Both the position numbers and the translations under genes were made by a program. A stretch of 64,000 bases of DNA from Candidatus Freyarchaeum deiterrae (lineage in GTDB: Archaea > Asgardarchaeota > Jordiarchaeia > Jordiarchaeales > Jordiarchaeaceae): contig CP147778.1 of NCBI GenBank assembly GCA_037305845.1, positions 2,688,001-2,752,000 of the forward strand, read 5' to 3'. The notes under the pieces were generated by a model. The model did no database searches. It worked only from the letters and a program-made list of their open reading frames with translations, and had not been told where the DNA came from. Below are positions 23,001-32,000 of the stretch, piece by piece. How positions within the stretch are numbered: the first letter of the stretch is position 1; each line of letters opens with the position of its first letter.

Positions 23001-26000
23001 GAGAATAATGTTCAGGGTGAGGCGAATGCTAAACTAGATTTGTACAAGGAGTTTATGCTTTCTCTCAGAGGTGTTATAGACCCACCGGTGAACTATACTG
23101 CTGGTGGTGACTACCGTAATGTGAATATGACGGTTAGACTGTATGTGCAGTACTTCTACGCGAACAATTCGGCTATCCCGAACGGCACCATTCTGTTCAA
23201 TGAGACCACCATCAACTATCTTGATAATAATAACTGGATTAGCTATGTTCTTGATGTTCCCAGTAAAGCTCCGGCTGGCGCTAGTAAATGGACTCCCCTT
23301 ATCCGGACTGTGGGTCGCCCTGCGGACAGCTTCTGCCACCTGTTCCTCGACGATATGAAGTGCCCCCAGACCTACCAGACTTCGCAGCAGAACACGAGTG
23401 CTAATATTGCTTGGGTGGCGGGAGATGGACACGGGCATGTTTTGAACTGCTCTAGCACTGGTAGCGGGGACTCGACCATTTGGGATCAGGTTTTGAATAT
23501 TCCCTTCTCACCCGACCTAATGTTCAACTTCGACATTAACCCGATTAATGGTGGTGGTGGTGGTGGTGGTGGCTGGTGGTTGGGATTGAAGTTCCGGGTG
23601 CAGCTTTACGAGTTTTTAACCAGCTACAACGTTACGCTGAACGTTACCTCTCCCACCAGTTATGTGGGTCCTATGGATGTTAATCTGAGCTTTGAGAATG
23701 GGACCTGTTTTAAGGGTAGTTTGTTTGTGATGGAGGATAACGCGACTCATGTTCCCTTCACCGTGAGGAATCAGACCGTTTTAGGAGACTATGTTTTGAA
23801 CATGAGTATCAGCATTCTTGCGAATGTTTCTGCGGGTGAGACTAAGCAGTATAAGATATTTTGGTCGGATTACGATAATCCTTTGCCTGATCTGGTTTCT
23901 CCGAATCTTAGGGTTGTGAATTGGACTGATAATACTCAGGGCAAGAATGTTTCCGTGAACTGCACCGCTACGGATGCGAACATGAGCCGAATGGTTCTGC
24001 ACTACTATGATGGTTCTGCTAATTGCAGTAAGGACATGGTTTTGAAGTCTGGTTTCTACGTGGGGAATTTCTCCTACTCTGGGTCTTACCAGTTTTGGGT
24101 AGAGGCTTTCGATAATTGCAGTAATCCGATGAGGACTTGGACTTACCCCGGTAATCCGCCAGTTTTGAATGTTAATATGAGTGAGAGTGAGGTCTATATA
24201 CGCGACAGCATTCCTGCGGGCACCGATTCTGTTTGGCTATATTACAGTGATGGTGCTCAGAAGTGTCTGAATAGCACGGAGGATAGTTTGACTTACGGTT
24301 ACCGGTTGGATTGCGTTAGGGGTGGTTGGAACCAGTTCCTGCGTCTTCCTTATTCGGATATCTTGGAGATTTTCACTCTTCGTTATGAGAGCCTGCCCTC
24401 TTGGCAGCCTATGGTTTTGGAGAGGATTGAGGGAGGCGGTCTTGGTAATAGTAGTTATATGCTTGATAATATTAAGTGGGGGTTGTATCCGAGGACGGTT
24501 CTTGACTACTCTAGTCAGAGCGCTATGAACTTCTACTTCAGCTATGACCCCAGCATTCCCGTGGTGAAAATTGTTTCGGGGCGTATTATTAGCGGCGGTG
24601 CGGCTTTGCTTAATGCTACTTGCAGCGATATTCCTTCACAGACTTTGAATGAAACCACAGCAGGAATTGGACGGGTGGAGTATACTGTTTCTAACAGTAC
24701 GAGTGTGGTTTATAATTCGACCATGGTGAAGCAACATGCGGACAACAACGATACTACTTACGTTTATACTGATTTCTGGTACGATTACTTCGATTCAACT
24801 ACGCTTCCAGACGGCTTCTACAAGCTGAACGTGAGTGCTTGGGATAATTCTGGGAATCGGGCGGATGACACACAGTACATTATAGTTTATAATAGTAGGC
24901 CTAAAGTGGAGTTTCTCAACGTTTATGATAACCTGAGTGTGGGCCGGGTTCTCAGTGTGCTTGCGAGAACCACTGATGTGTTTGATGTGACCAACACTAG
25001 CCTCACGGTTACCAATATTGGTACAGGTAATACTACGGTTTACAATATGAAGGAGGGTTACTTCCAGAAGCAGAATATCTGGACTTATAACGTCCTGTTT
25101 AACCAGAGCGGAAGGTACACCTTGAGCTGTAATGCTACAGACTACTTCGGCGTGGGAAGTGATGTTGTACGTGTGAATATTTCTGTGGACGCGAGTCTGC
25201 CCAGTGTGATTATTAACTCTCCGCAGCCGAATGAGTGGGTTAGTGGGCAGTATCTCCTCAATGTTACAGCTTTTGATGATAACAATATTAGTAGTGTGCG
25301 GTGGAGGGTGTACGTTATCGCGAACGAGACTACCGGGCGTTTGGAGATTCCCTATGGTTACAGTGATGTTTGGAACGATACTTCTTCTATTGGTGGCGGC
25401 ATTTACACGGCTGTTTGGAATACCACTTCTCTTAATGCAAGCGAGTCACTGATTCATCGCTACGTGGTGGTGTTTAAGGTGTCTGACAATAACACCATCC
25501 CGAATACTGTTTATAGCAATGTGACGATTTGCGTGGATAACACTGTGCCCTATATTATTGATGGCCCTAGTGTTGTGGCTCAGAACAATGTGGAGGAGGG
25601 TAAGAATGTTGAGGGCTTCACCAAGGAGACGAATGAGAACGGCACCGTTATCTACACCAAGTTTGTCAACGCTAGTTTGACCTTTGCGGTTAGTGACGAG
25701 AGGCTGATGAAATACTATGATATTGAGCATAATACGAGTCAGGCTAATCTGGAGGCATATCTTGGTTGCTTGGGCATGACAATTCTCGATGAGTATGAGA
25801 ATGGGAGCAGGTTTTACTCTGATTGCTCCGTGATGAGCGGTTCTAACGGGGTTTTCTTTGTCGTTGAGAACTACACTCTGGTTAGTGGAATGCACAATCT
25901 GACATTGACGGTTAGTGACCTGGCTGGGAACACGAACCGAAGCATCCGAAAGGTTGACATAGTAGTGGACCAGACGGCGCCGATTGTGATTCCTATTCTG

Positions 26001-29000
26001 CCTAGAACTGGCATGTGGCTCAAACGAGTTATCAACGCCAACTGGATTCTGGGGTCTTTCATGGGCGCTCTTTATTGGCTTGATAGTCTATTTGATACAG
26101 AAACATCTATCCCTGACTGGAGCGAAGGTGTTCTCTTCGGCGTGTATGTTGACGACCTTGCTTCTCCAGTATTAACCAATACAATCTATTTGGACCTGTC
26201 TAATCGTCTTATACACTTTGGACCAATGACACCAGACTACTATCCATGGATAGGTATGTTTAATGATTTCTCTGAACGAGGAGCGTTAAACCGTATTGTT
26301 CAAGCTATAAATAATTTAAGTGACTCTGATGCAGATTTGCTTTATTCGTTTCTTGCATGCAGCGGGTACAATGATTTAGGTCTCATGAAATTTGAAAGAT
26401 TGTACAGCGATAAGGTTTTCTGGTACGGTGTGGCTTTCACACCACTTGATTTCTTATTTAACATTTTGAGCCTTAGCTGCCTTAATCCTACTACATTTAC
26501 ATGCAAATTCACGGCTTGGGATAAGGCAGGCAATGAAGGATACGCTTATTCCACGTTTGGCATTATTCCTTACGCTGATCGATTTTTCCTTCAAATGCAA
26601 GGATCAGATAATTGTTTCTATGGATACGCATCGTTTGATGCTTACGTTAAAACGATTCAGCAGGAGATTGAGAACGCCCACCAGCAGGGAAACGGAACCA
26701 GTCAGGGAACCAGTTCAAGTCAGGGAAACGGAACCAGTCAGGGGGGAGCTGTCCAGTATGTAGACATGTCAGTTTCCACGCCTCTATCAAACATTATTGT
26801 GAATTCTAGCAGTCTGTCCAGTGGTTCTGATACACTTAACTCCCAGAGTTGTGGTGTTTGTGGCGGAGGAACTGGTAGCGTTAGTGGTAATGAGACTGGC
26901 TGGGCTCCAGTCGAGAACCTGGCTACCGTGGAGCAGGCTTTGAACTATGAATTAAGCGGGGATGTTTCGTTCCTTCCCTGGATGAAATTTAATTTCCGAG
27001 TGTTTGGAGCACCCAGAGACATTAGTTTGAATGTAAAGTTCGGTGTAGCCCCGTGTGTTCGACTGTTCTTTGACCCGCTGAGCTTTGAGGAGTACGGAAG
27101 CAAGGATGATAGTGTGCTTCTACGCGCTACTCCTGATACTTGGAACACTTTCACTATACCCTTGTACCGGATGGCCAGGTCTCTCGGCTTGTTTAATGGT
27201 TTAAACGCTCCCACGAACATTAGCACGATTAGTGTCAGCGCTTACGGTGAGCGTAAGACTTGGGAGAGGCGGGCGGTTTTCGACAACTTCTGGGTCGCGA
27301 CACCGGTTCCTCTGGTTGAGGATTATGCTGAGAAGGCGGCTCTCTCCCGCGACAACTATTACAAGGTTCTAAATGTTACTAAGGAGAGTAATTTTGAGGT
27401 TTTGAAGCAGGACATTTCTGAGGTTTTCGCGGCGAGCTACATGGGGGACTTTGAGTATCTGGCAGCGGTTTTGGGGAATTTCACTCAGCACCTGTTCCCG
27501 TCGGGTGAGATGGCTGAGTTCACGGGCGCCTCTGTCCGAGTCGTGAGCTACAACAACAGTCTGAATGAGAGTGTGCCCCTGTTCGTGGTGTACAGCTTCC
27601 CAGAGGGGCTTGAGAATGTTTCCCTGTTAGCTGCCTATAACTATACTAATATTCCTAACCTGGATCTTTCACGCGAGGCTGTGCTTAATGCTAATATCAC
27701 GCAATTGTGCCAGCTTTTGGCTCAGGGCGGAGGTGTGCTTAAGCCTTACGGCTTGAGTGATGCGGATTTAGCGTACTTGCCGTATGGTGCGGCGAGCTTC
27801 GTTATTGTGAATGATACGGTTTGTATAGACCGTTTGAGTGCGAAGCCGTGTACCATTCAGACTGTGTTGGCTACGATTGCTAGTATTGCGGAGAGGGTGT
27901 GGAATCAAAAGTGTGTGGCTCAGGTTGTGGAGCAGGAACAGGAGGCCCAGCAGATTGAGGCTTTGAGGGCTTTTATTAACGAGGAGGCCTATCGGGTTGA
28001 TACGTTCAATAAGTTGTTGGCTGCCTTGCAGTGGGTTAACTACATGCACCCCTACAACTGGGACCGAAAGAGCTTCGATACCCTTATCGACCCCAACACC
28101 AGTCCTTACTGGCTCTCCTACACTTACGCTAGTTGGGGCAACGCGACCGGTTACGAGTTGCTAAGCGAGTGTCTCGCTAACATAACCCAGATGCTGGACT
28201 TTGGCGACTACTTCGGTGCCCCACCAGTCTTCATCACATCCGGCGAGTATAACCGTACTGCGGATGCAGCGGGCGAGAAATGCGTACTCATCTACAAGGC
28301 CCTGGAGAGAAACCCCAGCTGGAATTACCTTTTGGGCGCGGTTCAGGGAGAGGTTTTATGTGCAGTGTTCAACGACACTAATGTTTTGAACGTAGCTAAG
28401 GAGTTCGGGAGAAGGGCGAACTCCACACTAGCGGATGTTTACGTTTACCTCACGGAAATGGCTTTCATGTACACCAGACCCTACAACACAGAGGAAATAA
28501 TGAATAGCCCGGCACTTGACGCCTTAGGACAACTGTTCAGTGGTGCTACAAACATTGTTGACCAGATTGGTAGCCAAGTTCAGAATCTGATTCAATACTT
28601 CACAGCCGTCCCATTTGTCAACTTGGTTTCCACTCTCAATGCTCTCTTTACTCAGAAGTTCGACCAAAAATGCATATCGCTGGGCATAGATAATTACGTG
28701 GAGTGGCTCGCCCAGCAGGACGAAGCGAGTCTCAATGACTTTGGCGATAATAATACTTATGATTCTGGAACTATATCCGCATTAGACCCTGGAGAGACGC
28801 TAGGCGAATCAGCATCAAATAATTCCATGCCCACAAATGGTTATGATGTTTCCAGCAGCTCAGTGCCTCCAAGCACTGGCCAAGTCATTCAGCAAAACAG
28901 TTTATACTCCAACGTAAACGCCATATGGGATGCAATCTTAACAAATCCGCTTACCATTTACGCCTATGAATACACTAAATCTGATTGGAGAACTCCAAAG

Positions 29001-32000
29001 CAAGGACAAGCGGTTACTCCCCCCAATGGTCCCATTCTCTACATGGGAAGCAGACAAAGCGGCGGGAAGTTAGGTTTCGAATCTTCCAGATTCCTATATA
29101 ACATCATTAAAATCTTGCAGAATACATTCCAAGAAAGAGAAGGCTCTGGCTCCGAATTTACTCGCAGTCTTCTTGCTTATTACATAGGTAAACAACATAG
29201 AGATTTATCGAAACTAGCCAGCCTTTACCCGAATATAGGTGTAGACCAAGCACTAGGAGTTTATATAATTGATACCACAAACACTCTAGTTGACCCAACT
29301 ACAGGCATTGTATTTCCCATCGATGATAAAGAACAACCCACAGGATTCTGGGACTTTGGCATAACCGTCCAACTCTCACTGGTTAGCTACGGCGACGTAG
29401 ACGGCGGATTCATAGATGAGGCATTCATCATCCAAAACGACCCCACCACCTGTCTAGCTAGAAAACTGTGGCTCCAACAAGTAGACAGCCAAGGCAAACC
29501 AATAATCACAAATGATAGACTAATCCGACTAGGACTAGGATACTATGAAAGAACAGGCGAAACTTTACACTTCCAAAGCTGCATAGACGACAAAACAGGC
29601 GCAATAATAAGACTCCCGCTATGGGACATGGGATTCAACCCCAACACTATAGAACCCGGCAAAAGTGACTACGTAATCAAACTAGACCAAATATATGAAG
29701 ATGGACGTAAATTCGACACAGGCAAATTCGATTGGAGTAAGGCACAGCCAACCTTCGAAAAGACAGGAGAAGCGATGATTTGGGGAAAGATAATACCCAA
29801 CGGGGATAAATGCATTCTAAACCTAGTAAGACAAAACATAGATTATTTATTACCAGCATCGACAGACGTAACAGATGACCCTTACAGTATTTGGTGGACC
29901 AGCTCTACTCAATTAGGAACATTTAGTGATGGAACTTTACACGCAAAGTGGAATGGCGGAGATTTACCCTCCCTCTTGGATAACTTGATGAACGCTTTCG
30001 GAGTAAACATAGGCGAACAAGATATGATTCGCCTTTACAGCAAGGATTACATGCGCCCAAGTCAAGGAGGCCAATCTCTTAAAATAATGAAATGCATATC
30101 GCAGATGCTAGATGGAATGAGCATAGCTTGGATGGCTGGCATGGCTCGAAAGCCAATCAGTTTTGATAAGGTCAGAAGTGTTCTTGGACAGACTTTTGTG
30201 GAGCAATACTTTAAAGCATACCTAGAAAATGGAAGACACATCAACGATAAAGGCTTAATGGAAGGAAGCGATAGATACGCTCTGGAAATGCTTCAAGGAA
30301 GCGAAATATGCAACGTGGATCCAAACGGCGGCACCAATCGCATTAACCCAATATTTTATTCAGTCGACATAGACCCCTCAATACTAGATCAAACAACTCA
30401 CACGGGATACAGTTTACCAAGAGGAGACATGCCCCTATTCAAAGTCCCAGCTTCAGAATTCAAAGACCAATTACCAGATTCAATAAAGCCCGACGAAAAA
30501 GGCTATGTTTTACTAGGAATCGACATCCCAACCAGCGAAGAAAAAGGACAACCAGTTGTATTCATACCAATATTCACGAAAGACGCCCCCATAAGCCACA
30601 ATAATAATCCCAGTGACTTTACCCAAAGAATAACGGACACCAAATCCCCAGTACCAGTCGTATCAATTATGCAACAGTTCTGGAACAGCATAGAAAAATA
30701 CGCAGTATACACATATAATGGAAAAGAATACAAACCACTCCTGAAAACAGAAGAACCAACAACTGAGAAGACGAACATCTATTCTGATTCTGAATACACC
30801 CCCACGAGTTTCCTAGAAATATTCCACATGCTAGGCATTCTAGAAAATATATGCGCCTTATTCGCAACACACACTGGTGCTAGCGAAGATGCAAAGACAC
30901 GCAGAGAAACTCTCAGTCTCGCGTATTTCTTTTCCGAATTGAGAGGAGTCTTAGTAGACGAACCTAAAACATGCTTGGAACTATTCAAGGCATTCGGAGG
31001 AGATAAGGTGCTGGCAGAATTACGCAAAATCAAACCAATAATACCGTACTCCAACATGGCACAATTAGGATGGTTTACTCTAACAGGACGAACACTAGAA
31101 GATGTTAAAAATGCTTTCCCTGAATGTAAAAAAGACATCGAATCGCTGCTTCAATTATGTAAATCCGGAGAAAACATAATCCCCACCCAAGTAGATTTAC
31201 TAACCATTCTTCTCTCATACACCGGAGCTCAAAGAGCTATAGGACAAAAAAATATCTATCTCCCCATAAAAGTGGACACCACAGACCACACTTATAAAAT
31301 TGGAAGCGCGGTCTTCAATATTAACACAGAAGACTTAAAATTACTGGACAATGTAGGAGTGCCTACAGACGAGTACGGAATCACCTTCCTAGCGGCTAAC
31401 TATCGTCAGTCTCCAGATTTGAGTTTCACCCAACTTAAAGCAAAAGACGAACAACTATTATTAAAAGTGGGCGGAATACAAATACTCAACACAGTTGAAC
31501 CAGCAAGCATCAGAGAAGTTTTCGGAGGGAGAGTCGCCGGCGTACCAAAGGAGAAGCAAAACCCACAAATTTTCGACAATCTGCTAAAATTCACAGAAGT
31601 GAGTATACCCGGTAGTTACATGAGGGGCGGAGAAGAGATACAGCGTCCTTACTCATCAGGTTATTACTCCTTCGTTGAATGGCTCATGTCAGAAAAAATG
31701 AGACTCGGCGAAATTTTTGATATTGGTAAAAAAGAGGGAATGGACAAATTAAATTACATGGACTTACTGATTAAAGGATGGGGAAACGAGCGCTCCACAA
31801 AAATTCTAGAACAGCAGAAAAGCCTTGACAATGAATACCACACCCGCCTCGAAGACTTATGGGCACTATACCTCCACCAGAGAACCAGAATTTCCCCAAC
31901 CGAAAGAAGCAGCATGGACACATTCGGCACACTGTACCAAATCCTAAAAGGAGACATTACTGAAGAAATGGGCAACCAGCACGCGATAGACTACGTGGCT

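Noticed and set aside
27351-27430. DNYYKVLNVTKESNFEVLKQ resembles a DnaJ J-domain start
   Set aside because: No HPD motif or following J-domain helices; it lies in a sequon-rich, probably extracellular region; likely coincidental.
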